A stretch of 24,000 nt of DNA from Candidatus Thorarchaeota archaeon (GTDB lineage Archaea > Asgardarchaeota > Heimdallarchaeia > Hodarchaeales > Hodarchaeaceae): positions 1 through 24,000 of the forward strand of contig JBHLRO010000018.1 of NCBI GenBank assembly GCA_048882505.1, read 5' to 3'. The notes beneath the pieces are model-generated. The model searched no databases. It was not told the origin of the DNA and was given only the letters and a program-made list of their open reading frames with translations. Positions 6,426 through 13,125 of this stretch are shown in pieces (within the stretch, counting starts at the first letter, position 1; every line of letters starts with the position of its first letter). The position numbers and the translations under genes were made by a program.

Positions 6426-8192
6426 ATGATTTTCACAAACAGAGCCAAACGGTGGCTCTCTAAAGCACAGGCAACTGAAATTCCTCTTTTATTACCACAA
6501 GAAGACCGTACCGGGATTGCCGAGTTCCTGAGAGAAAAAATCGAAGCCAATGAGGTCTTTGGTATTGTTACTCCAGATGATACTACTTTCTTCCCTGATA
6601 AGTATATTGAACAAAACCTACGGCTCCAACTCCAAAAGCAGGGCTTCATTGACATCTGTGCTTTGATTGACCTGACCCAAGGTAAACTACCTGGGCGGAT
6701 ATTGGAATTGAAAATTCTGGCGCATGTCCAGGAAATAGATGGGTTTTTGGACATTATTTTTCGACGTTTTTTCACACCGCAGGGGGCAGAAAATTTCTTG
6801 AAACAATATTTAGCGAATAAGACCGTTGTGCCCTTAAAAACGATTTTGAATGACCTGTATTGGGGAGAAGACTACGTAGAAGCCATTTTAGACCTTCTAT
6901 CCGAGAAAAACCTTTTCCGTGGATACCTTGATCCAATTAAACAGCGATTATATAATTTTACAAACCTGAATTTCACTTCAGAAGTTGATCGGGAGAAGGC
7001 GAATAAGCAGCTAATTCGCTATATCAAGAGAAGCTTTCAACTGGGCGCCGAAGTAGCTATCAGTGATATTTGTGGGTTGACGGGATTTTCCCAAGAAGAG
7101 AGTATTCGTTTCCTGCAGAAAAATCGTGGATCCCTTAGTTTTGTGATTTCAACTAAGCGAAATTATGTATATCCCACTTTAGAGATCGTAATCAATATTT
7201 TGAGAGATCTTATTGTCTATCGAAAAGTTCCAATTGCATTCTGGGAACAGCGGCTTGATGTGGCAAAAATCGAGCTTTTAGGGCTATTACGAATCTTGAA
7301 TGGCAGCTTGAATGGCCAAATTTCGCCAACTACCTATTCAGGCCCTCTCCTACGCGAATGGTTTCGGAACGGTATTGATATCGAGGGATTGGCTGCAGAT
7401 CTAAATCTTGATCCCCTTCTTCTCCTCGGGCGCATCCGAACACTGGGAGAAAAATACGGATTAAGATTCATTGCGGGCGATACGGCCAATCCCTTTCTCC
7501 TCAAGGGCGTCCTAAGTTTCGAGATTTTTTGTCAGGTGGATACTTCTTCTTATCAAGATCCACATCTGTATTTTGAGTGCCAAAACTGTAAGCGAATATT
7601 GTGTAGCAATTGCAGGTCGGCGGGAAGCAAGCATAGCTGTCCTTTTTGTGAGAACATAGCGGCGTTCATTATTGATCTTCCACGGCACTGCCCTGATTGT
7701 AAGATTACCTACACGCATTCTTACAACCTAATAAGTACGGAAGAATGCTATTTCTGTAAAAAAGGCCCTTTGGCGAGCGGGTGGTTACCACCAAAGCCAA
7801 TATCCGATAAGCTCCTGGATCCCCATCTTTCAGAATTATTAGCTCATTCAGATTCAGAAATCCCATTGCAGGCGATAATTTCGACTTTGGGATGGTCTGA
7901 TGCAGAAGTAGTTGCCCATCTTGAAGAAATGATTATTTCTAACCAAATCAATGGCAATATCGACATATGGAATACTTCCCTCCGTCTTGAGCGAGCGCCC
8001 ACCTTGTTTCGTTGCAGTGTTTGTGAAAAACTTAAGACAGATAAAACTCGGTATAAATGTGTATCATGTAGCAATAACGTTTGTCTAACATGCCATGGTG
8101 ATATGCATACAGTAGGAATGGTTATCTGTCCCCAATGCAGTGGAGAGTTAAAACCAGAGGACTCTGGTACGTCATCTTCGAGTCAGGATTAG
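6426..8192 (+). CDS. Multi-winged-helix repeat protein with two Cys-rich Zn clusters (second ZZ-finger-like); function unknown, E3/adaptor candidate
   Basis: A 588-aa ORF with an ATG start and GAGGA upstream. Segments of the PCI/WH type recur at least six times, for example VVPLKTILNDLYWGEDYVEAILDLLSEKNLFRGYLD, VAISDICGLTGFSQEESIRFLQK...LSFVISTKRNYVYP and IPLQAIISTLGWSDAEVVAHLEEMIISNQINGNID. Cys cluster 1 spans aa 385-444 (nt 7578-7757) and has five CxxC pairs. Cys cluster 2 spans aa 530-571 (nt 8013-8138): CSVC-x11-(RYK)CVSC-x4-CLTCHGDMH-x8-CPQC. Confidence 0.7.
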   Translation: MIFTNRAKRWLSKAQATEIPLLLPQEDRTGIAEFLREKIEANEVFGIVTPDDTTFFPDKYIEQNLRLQLQKQGFIDICALIDLTQGKLPGRILELKILAHVQEIDGFLDIIFRRFFTPQGAENFLKQYLANKTVVPLKTILNDLYWGEDYVEAILDLLSEKNLFRGYLDPIKQRLYNFTNLNFTSEVDREKANKQLIRYIKRSFQLGAEVAISDICGLTGFSQEESIRFLQKNRGSLSFVISTKRNYVYPTLEIVINILRDLIVYRKVPIAFWEQRLDVAKIELLGLLRILNGSLNGQISPTTYSGPLLREWFRNGIDIEGLAADLNLDPLLLLGRIRTLGEKYGLRFIAGDTANPFLLKGVLSFEIFCQVDTSSYQDPHLYFECQNCKRILCSNCRSAGSKHSCPFCENIAAFIIDLPRHCPDCKITYTHSYNLISTEECYFCKKGPLASGWLPPKPISDKLLDPHLSELLAHSDSEIPLQAIISTLGWSDAEVVAHLEEMIISNQINGNIDIWNTSLRLERAPTLFRCSVCEKLKTDKTRYKCVSCSNNVCLTCHGDMHTVGMVICPQCSGELKPEDSGTSSSSQD

Positions 8193-9079
8193 CTGAGTTG
8201 GCTCTTATATTGCGCTAACTTCTTGGAGTACTTATCAGATAGTTCCTTGTATTTATCTTCTGAAATCTTCCCATTAAGGAACATTTCATCTGCTTGTTCC
8301 ACCATGAGTTCATATTTCTTGATTTTCTCTGCAATGTCATCAAACTGTTCTCGCTCTTCTGCCAAAGATCGCTGCTGTTCTAGAACCTGTTTTTCTACTT
8401 CATATGCCAGCAGAGATTGATACTCATCGGGAACCTTAAATCCCCCTATATCCAGTCCAACAAGTTCCAAGCCCCAGCGAGAAGTCTCAGGACCCAATTC
8501 CGCACGGGTCTGGATTTCAAGGCTGCGTCGTTCTCTCAATAATTCCGGAACTGTGTAACGGGACATCACATGCTTGACGGCCCCAATTATGGTTTGTTTC
8601 ACCCAGTTCTTTAGTTCCTCGCTTGAATAATACTGCCTGTGAGAGACTACATTTGAAATGAAATTTCGGGGATTAACTATCCTCATTCGGGAAATTCCGT
8701 AACAACCTATCATGACATTGTCTGCGGATAAAATCCCAGGCGTTCCCCATCTGATAACGAATTCTCGTTTACTTACCCAGATTATTTCGCTACCCGGGCG
8801 TTTTGCTAGCTTATCCAGTTCATATATTCCACTTCCTGCAACACCTACCAGTGTACCCGACTGTAGAAGTACAGCATTTTCAGGATCTTTGACAATAAAG
8901 CCATCATCTTTACGGAAACCATCTCGATCGTCAGAACGAACTCGTGAAACTAGCGAACCTCCATTCTCTTCACTAAAATCAGAGCTTAAGATGGTTTTTC
9001 CACGAAATCTTTTGGAACCAAGGTGTACTGCGTCGCCAATCCTGCGGAACAATCCCCCGAATTTCTCGACTTCTGTCAT
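8189..9079 (-). CDS. SPFH/Band-7 superfamily protein of the YdjI-like (Band_7_1) type with a C-terminal coiled coil
   Basis: The pattern ...AVLLQSGTLVGVAGSGIYEL...IIWVSKREFVIRWGTPGIL...GCYGISRMRIVNPRNF...WGLELVGLDIGGFKVPDEY matches the soluble YdjI/COG4260-type SPFH domain as I remember it. A heptad-rich tail follows (EQQRSLAEEREQ...KYKELSDKYSKKLAQYK). The ORF track starts at TTG 9091, overlapping the EAP30 stop. ATG 9079 lies 5 nt after that stop. Confidence 0.65.
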   Translation of the reverse strand: MTEVEKFGGLFRRIGDAVHLGSKRFRGKTILSSDFSEENGGSLVSRVRSDDRDGFRKDDGFIVKDPENAVLLQSGTLVGVAGSGIYELDKLAKRPGSEIIWVSKREFVIRWGTPGILSADNVMIGCYGISRMRIVNPRNFISNVVSHRQYYSSEELKNWVKQTIIGAVKHVMSRYTVPELLRERRSLEIQTRAELGPETSRWGLELVGLDIGGFKVPDEYQSLLAYEVEKQVLEQQRSLAEEREQFDDIAEKIKKYELMVEQADEMFLNGKISEDKYKELSDKYSKKLAQYKSQLS

Positions 9080-9084
9080 CTTTT

Positions 9085-10053
9085 TCACCAATCATCGCCA
9101 TAAAGGCCAGGAAAGTAGTACTGGTATCCCGAATCAAGAGAGGAAACTTTTCTTGCAATCTTTTGCTTAACTAGACCTTCCAAGACTCGTATCACACGTT
9201 GCTGTTCCCATTTTGTGTTTAAAACAACATCTTCAAGTGTAACAAAACCTTTGTCAACTGCAAGACTAAAAACGCGTTCAGCATCTTTACCCAATGAAAC
9301 GGGTACAAATTCAACGATTTTGACCCCTGAACGTTCTGAAATGCCCTCGATCAGTGATTGTTTCTGCAGATTTTTACACGCGTTTTCGATGTCCTTGACA
9401 GAGAACTTCACATCAGGAACCTGATCTTTTAGTGCGGTATAAAGGTTTGCAAGAGAAATATAGCCTCCGGAACTTGCGCGCAGATTTTTTCCATATTGGA
9501 GAACTAAATCTGAGATTTGGTCTCTAAATTTGCCCCTACCAAACAAACGGGGTCTTTCAGTTGCATCTAGCGCTGTGATTGTTAAAGCCCTACCTTCCTT
9601 ACGTAAAAGTTCTCTTTCAAGTTGCTGGATCCGCGTATCATAACGCTTTTGAAGATCCCTGATCTGTTCAGTCGAAACGCTGGCGCCATCGGCCAATTTT
9701 TGCTGAATATGGATTACTTCCCCCAAGCGAGCGATATGTTCACCAATTTCCTTTATGGTATTGCGGACCTCAATTCCTTCTTCACCAAAATCAAGATCTT
9801 CTGCTAGCTTTTGTGACTGTTCTGCAATTCTTTCACAGAGCACCGAGGCCAATAATTGGGCTACTCGAATTTCGCCACTTGTCTGGAGATCGGACTTGGT
9901 CTGGTCAGGATGAAGAATAAAATCAGGTATTGTTTCCGAACTGTAACGGATTTCTTCAAATTTCGTAAATAGATTCATAGAAATATCCGCAGCACTTCGG
10001 GCTTTTGTTGAAATACTATTGTTTAAGGCAATTAACGCCTTATTTGCCTTCAT
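9085..10053 (-). CDS. ESCRT-II-type EAP30 domain protein (Vps22/Vps36-like) with a long N-terminal coiled-coil region
   Basis: The C-terminal ~165 aa reads GGYISLANLYTALKDQ...SVKDIENACKNLQKQSLIEGISERSGVKIVEF...GFVTLEDVVLNTKWEQQRVIRVLEGLVKQKIARKVSSLDSGYQYYFPGLY. This is the tandem winged-helix EAP30 pattern, including the terminal Y-x-FP. The ORF track starts at TTG 10092. ATG 10053 (MKANKALIAL...) is preferred. Confidence 0.85.
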   Translation of the reverse strand: MKANKALIALNNSISTKARSAADISMNLFTKFEEIRYSSETIPDFILHPDQTKSDLQTSGEIRVAQLLASVLCERIAEQSQKLAEDLDFGEEGIEVRNTIKEIGEHIARLGEVIHIQQKLADGASVSTEQIRDLQKRYDTRIQQLERELLRKEGRALTITALDATERPRLFGRGKFRDQISDLVLQYGKNLRASSGGYISLANLYTALKDQVPDVKFSVKDIENACKNLQKQSLIEGISERSGVKIVEFVPVSLGKDAERVFSLAVDKGFVTLEDVVLNTKWEQQRVIRVLEGLVKQKIARKVSSLDSGYQYYFPGLYGDDW

Positions 10054-10255
10054 AAAATACTCTTGCAACGCTCTGAATCTCCAGAGGATCAAGTCTTTTT
10101 ATTCGATCAAAGCGAGTCCCTGCTTTCATCCTTAAAAACCTTGGCTTCTAGTATTGAAAAGCTGCTTTTCGAGGGAATTCCCAAACAAATATTAGCCCCC
10201 TCAAGAGATTGACCACGTTCTATCGTGGGAAAGAGAAATATTCCGAGTTTTACTA

Positions 10256-10753
10256 TTATTGGGGAGTTTTAGAAACCTTCAATGCCATAAGGTATGCCGC
10301 CTCATAATCACGGTAGTAATGTCGTATTTCTTTTACGATCTGAAATCCTACCTTTTGATATAAATTGATAGCAGGTTGATTGGATATCCTCACTTCCAAG
10401 AATAGTTCATTGGCGCCTGCTGCAATCATTGCTGCCATGGACTCTTTAATTAGTTTGGTCCCCATACCTTGACGTCTGTAAGGCGGGAGGACAGCCAGAC
10501 TAACGGTATGACCCTTTTTTGCTCTATGAAAAAGCGAAAAATGACTCATTCCTGACTCCAAACGGGCCATTGTATATCCTACTACTTGAGAATCGACTTC
10601 GCAAATAATGAACCCCGAAGGTAGCTCAGAATAGACGGTCCGAAAAAAATGTTCAGGATAATTTTCGGGCAAACAGATGCGATTAATTTCCTTTACTTGA
10701 TCAAGGAATTTCAATTCAAACGGGCGAATAATAATACCAGACTGTTCGGTCAT
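10256..10753 (-). CDS. GNAT N-acetyltransferase (RimI / archaeal Ard1-Naa10-like N-alpha-acetyltransferase)
   Basis: An acetyl-CoA motif LAVLPPYRRQGMGTKLI (R/Q-x-x-G-x-G/A) is present, along with ...LEVRISNQPAINLYQKVGF... and a typical ~165-aa size. Its start overlaps the Nop10 stop by 4 nt (ATGA). Confidence 0.85.
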   Translation of the reverse strand: MTEQSGIIIRPFELKFLDQVKEINRICLPENYPEHFFRTVYSELPSGFIICEVDSQVVGYTMARLESGMSHFSLFHRAKKGHTVSLAVLPPYRRQGMGTKLIKESMAAMIAAGANELFLEVRISNQPAINLYQKVGFQIVKEIRHYYRDYEAAYLMALKVSKTPQ

Positions 10754-10929
10754 AGGTGTCCCCTTTGTCTAGCAATCTCTTTCATCTGGCGCCTTAATTC
10801 CCAAAAACGATCGTGGAGAGAAAATTTAGGGGGATATGCCGAGTGGAATTCCAATCCACAATTTTCACATATAGCTTTGTCTTGTATGATGGTATAATGA
10901 CCATTTGGGCATTTCCTCAAAAGACGCAT
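10750..10929 (-). CDS. nop10: H/ACA RNP subunit Nop10
   Basis: MRLLRKCPNGHYTIIQDKAICENCGLEFHSAYPPKFSLHDRFWELRRQMK parallels archaeal Nop10 (…KKCPKCGLYTLKEICPKCGEKT…PPKFSLEDRWGKYRR…). It sits in the conserved S27e-aIF2alpha-Nop10 gene order. The track starts at GTG 10935; ATG 10929 is preferred. Confidence 0.85.
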   Translation of the reverse strand: MRLLRKCPNGHYTIIQDKAICENCGLEFHSAYPPKFSLHDRFWELRRQMKEIARQRGHL

Positions 10930-10955
10930 TGTCACACCTTAGGGTTCAAGGATGA

Positions 10956-11741
10956 TTACTTACGTTCAAAGGATATCTCTGTGTCGTATGTAGCAAAGAA
11001 TTGCGAGACTTCTCCTTGAACATCCTTCCAAATCTTTTCTGCTTCTCTCCAATCGATACTTTCGATGACACATCTGTATGTTGGAGGAGAAATTATTTGA
11101 AGGTTGAATTTACTCCCTTTATGCTTATTTCTAAAGTTTTTATCATAAGAAGTAAAAAAATCAGCAAGTAAATCCGCACCATTCGCCTCATAACAGGTGA
11201 TATTAACGTGACCAGTCAATTGAACCGTAGGAGGCTCCAGCTCCTTCACAGCCAATTGATAGATTTCTTTTGCCGCTTCCTTCGGGATATCTAATTTTAC
11301 TAAGTGATTAGCATTTTTATCCCGGACTGACATTAATCCTTCGTAGATGGAACCGAATTTACGAAATAGAACTTTTTCAACATCCTCAACAGGAATGCCC
11401 GCTTTTTCACATGCTACTGCCACAATTCCCCTTGCACGATTCTCTTGTTTGAACTCATTCAGTTTTTGTCTACGCTGAGGCTCAGAAACCTGTTTGATGG
11501 ACATGTCGATCTCCCCACGGTCAATATCCACCCTTAATATTTTCGCTACTGTTCGTTGGCCCTCTCGAATGTAGCTACGGATATGGCGTACCCAAGTGCG
11601 ACTTAATTCTGAAATGTGAACGAACCCTACCTCTGCTCCAAGGGTTTCGTAATCGAAAATCTCAAAATAGGCGCCATGGTTAGTTACTTTGGAACAGGTT
11701 CCGATAACCAATTCCCCGACTGCTGGATATCCATCTTCCAA
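10956..11741 (-). CDS. eif2a: Translation initiation factor aIF2 alpha subunit
   Basis: The N-terminal S1 domain reads GELVIGTCSKVTNHGAYFEIFDY...GFVHISELSRTWVRHIRSYIREGQRTVAKILRVDIDRGEIDMSIKQV, followed by helical and alpha-beta domains of the expected length. TTG start, with GGTAGGTG 8 nt upstream. Confidence 0.9.
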   Translation of the reverse strand: MEDGYPAVGELVIGTCSKVTNHGAYFEIFDYETLGAEVGFVHISELSRTWVRHIRSYIREGQRTVAKILRVDIDRGEIDMSIKQVSEPQRRQKLNEFKQENRARGIVAVACEKAGIPVEDVEKVLFRKFGSIYEGLMSVRDKNANHLVKLDIPKEAAKEIYQLAVKELEPPTVQLTGHVNITCYEANGADLLADFFTSYDKNFRNKHKGSKFNLQIISPPTYRCVIESIDWREAEKIWKDVQGEVSQFFATYDTEISFERK

Positions 11742-11751
11742 TTATTCACAC

Positions 11752-11946
11752 CTACCTTGGATCTAACACTTCGAGGACTTCCCCTATAATATACGCCATC
11801 CCAGCTCTCGGTTTTGCAAGAATGTTTCCACAAACACGACATTCCACCTGGCTAGTTGCATGGGAAAAGATTTCTTGCACATTACCACACTCACACGAGA
11901 CCTTGAGGAAATTACTTCGAGTAGTAGGAATACGTTTTTCTTTCAC
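11752..11946 (-). CDS. rps27e: Ribosomal protein S27e
   Basis: SNFLKVSCECGNVQEIFSHATSQVECRVCGNILAKPRAGMAYI is the C4 zinc-ribbon signature of eS27. It is 64 aa long with a GTG start. Confidence 0.9.
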   Translation of the reverse strand: MKEKRIPTTRSNFLKVSCECGNVQEIFSHATSQVECRVCGNILAKPRAGMAYIIGEVLEVLDPR

Positions 11947-12150
11947 ATACGGCCACCATTTTATTTTGCATAGAAATTGAACAATCAGTGGTACTCGCTA
12001 TTCAGAGCACTCTGCCAACTTTAATCACCAGTCTATTGTCAAAAAAGACAAAAACGGGGTTTCTTTTAAAGCTCAACTGGGCTTCATTCTTACTTTACGG
12101 ATCACTCTACAACAAGTAGAATATACTCAGAACTTATTAAGACAGGGAAA

Positions 12151-12777
12151 TTACTCCGTTTCTCTTACACTATTTATATATGTCTTAATAAGTCTAGCTA
12201 CCCCCTTAGAAATCAGAGCGTTAGCATTATCTTGTGGCAAACTTACAACGTCGTTTTCTGAAAAAGGACCATATTCCCTGTTGTCTATTCCAACTATCTT
12301 TTCTACATCTGTGAGGATTCTGACCATACTTCGGGGATGTGTCTCTAAAGGATGAGTTTCAATAGAAAGATCGTTTAGGTAATCTTCTGGACCATTAGAA
12401 TATTCTGTTGAAACGGTTAAATCCTGATTAACAAATCCCACTGTTTTAATGGATTTTGTTAAATCACGAAGCAGTTTTAACTCTCCCCAAGTGAGGAATT
12501 CCTCCTCCAAGGTAATGTTATGGGTTACGGCATAGAGTATCTTGGATAGCCGTAGCTGAGAAATATCCTTACGAAGAAATTCCATCCTTTTAAGGACCAC
12601 TTGGTGTAGGGATCCCCAATCAGCAGATTTCATTTGAGTTTTTTGGTTTAAAATTGCCAATTGCCCATCTATTACGATATAAAAGTCTGCGGGTATCCTC
12701 TGAAGTGCCATTAAAGTGCGTTCATTCATCCACAGTTCATATAACTCTTGATAATCCAAATCATCACCCTGGTACAC
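12151..12777 (-). CDS. GINS complex subunit (Gins51/Gins15-type, A+B domains)
   Basis: The N-terminus YQELYELWMNERTLMALQRIPADFY...LRLSKILYAV...TWGELKLLRDLTKSI is the A-domain helical pattern. The C-terminus VRILTDVEKIVGIDNREYGPFSENDVVSLPQDNANALISKGVARLI is B-domain-like. GTG start. The assignment rests on remembered archaeal Gins51 patterns. Confidence 0.6.
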   Translation of the reverse strand: MYQGDDLDYQELYELWMNERTLMALQRIPADFYIVIDGQLAILNQKTQMKSADWGSLHQVVLKRMEFLRKDISQLRLSKILYAVTHNITLEEEFLTWGELKLLRDLTKSIKTVGFVNQDLTVSTEYSNGPEDYLNDLSIETHPLETHPRSMVRILTDVEKIVGIDNREYGPFSENDVVSLPQDNANALISKGVARLIKTYINSVRETE

Positions 12778-12841
12778 CCATTACTTGGTGATTTTCCTAA
12801 TTTGGACCAACACTCTTTTGAAAATGGAGCCACTGGTGGGA

Positions 12842-12871
12842 ATTTCATGAAGATCCCGCAAGACCTACCAT
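12842..12871 (-). other. tRNA-Thr intron 2 (T-loop, around position 59/60; boundary ambiguous because of an AAAT repeat)
   Basis: The minus-strand sequence ATGGTAGGTCTTGCGGGATCTTCATGAAAT lies between GTGGGTTCAAA and TCCCAC. It contains an internal hairpin, AGGTC-TTGCGG-GATCT. Confidence 0.6.
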
Positions 12872-12917
12872 TTTGAACCCACGACATCCTCCTTACCAAG
12901 GAGGCGCTATAACCGGG

Positions 12918-12945
12918 CTACTCTTCTGGGCAAATGCCACAAAAA
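12918..12945 (-). other. tRNA-Thr intron 1 (D-loop, after about position 15; boundary ambiguous by up to 3 nt because of a TAG repeat)
   Basis: The minus-strand sequence TTTTTGTGGCATTTGCCCAGAAGAGTAG lies between ...GCTTAG and CCCGGTTATAGC.... It contains an internal hairpin, GGC-ATTT-GCC. I could not confirm a strict bulge-helix-bulge geometry by eye. Confidence 0.6.
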
Positions 12946-13125
12946 CTAAGCCACAGTGGCTAAACAACATTCATTGACATTTGTTTCGATGACTAGCCTC
13001 GAAATCTAGTCTCAATACCTTGTCACTACTGAAGAGCATGATGATGTCGAATTTATCATCTTTTCCCGCAACCTAAAAAGCGCAAGGAGGCTTTATTATG
13101 ATCCTTTTTCGGGGTCTTGCTCGCC

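Larger units (their letters stand above)
12825..12960 (-). tRNA. tRNA-Thr (anticodon GGU) with two non-canonical introns and an encoded CCA
   Basis: The minus-strand exons assemble into a full cloverleaf. The acceptor stem is GCCACTG/CAGTGGC (7 bp). U8, A14, G18G19 and A21 are present, and the D-stem is GCTT/TAGC. The anticodon arm is CCTCC-TTGGTAA-GGAGG and the variable loop is ATGTC. The T-arm is GTGGG-TTCAAAT-CCCAC, followed by discriminator T and CCA. This requires removing 28 nt from the D-loop and 30 nt from the T-loop, which gives a 78-nt mature RNA. Confidence 0.8.

Noticed and set aside
6302-6775. 157-aa minus-strand ORF overlapping the 5' end of the 588-aa gene.
   Set aside because: It is an antisense shadow of a well-supported long ORF. 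Its composition is Ser/Arg/Cys/Trp-rich and it has no motifs.
7578-8138. Reading the Cys clusters of the 588-aa protein as a canonical RING (C3HC4) E3 domain.
   Set aside because: The spacing (CxxC-x4-CxxC-x8-CxxC... and CxxC-x11-CxxC-x4-CxxC-H) does not fit the RING cross-brace consensus with its central C-x-H. Cluster 2 is closer to ZZ-type. It is kept only as an E3/adaptor candidate, not as a RING call.
12895-12932. A naive reading of the tRNA as starting at GCCCAGAAGAGTAGCCCGG... just upstream of the anticodon arm.
   Set aside because: There is no complementary 3' acceptor strand for GCCCAGA. The true acceptor partner of CAGTGGC is GCCACTG at 12954-12960, which makes GCCCAGAAGAG part of a D-loop intron.
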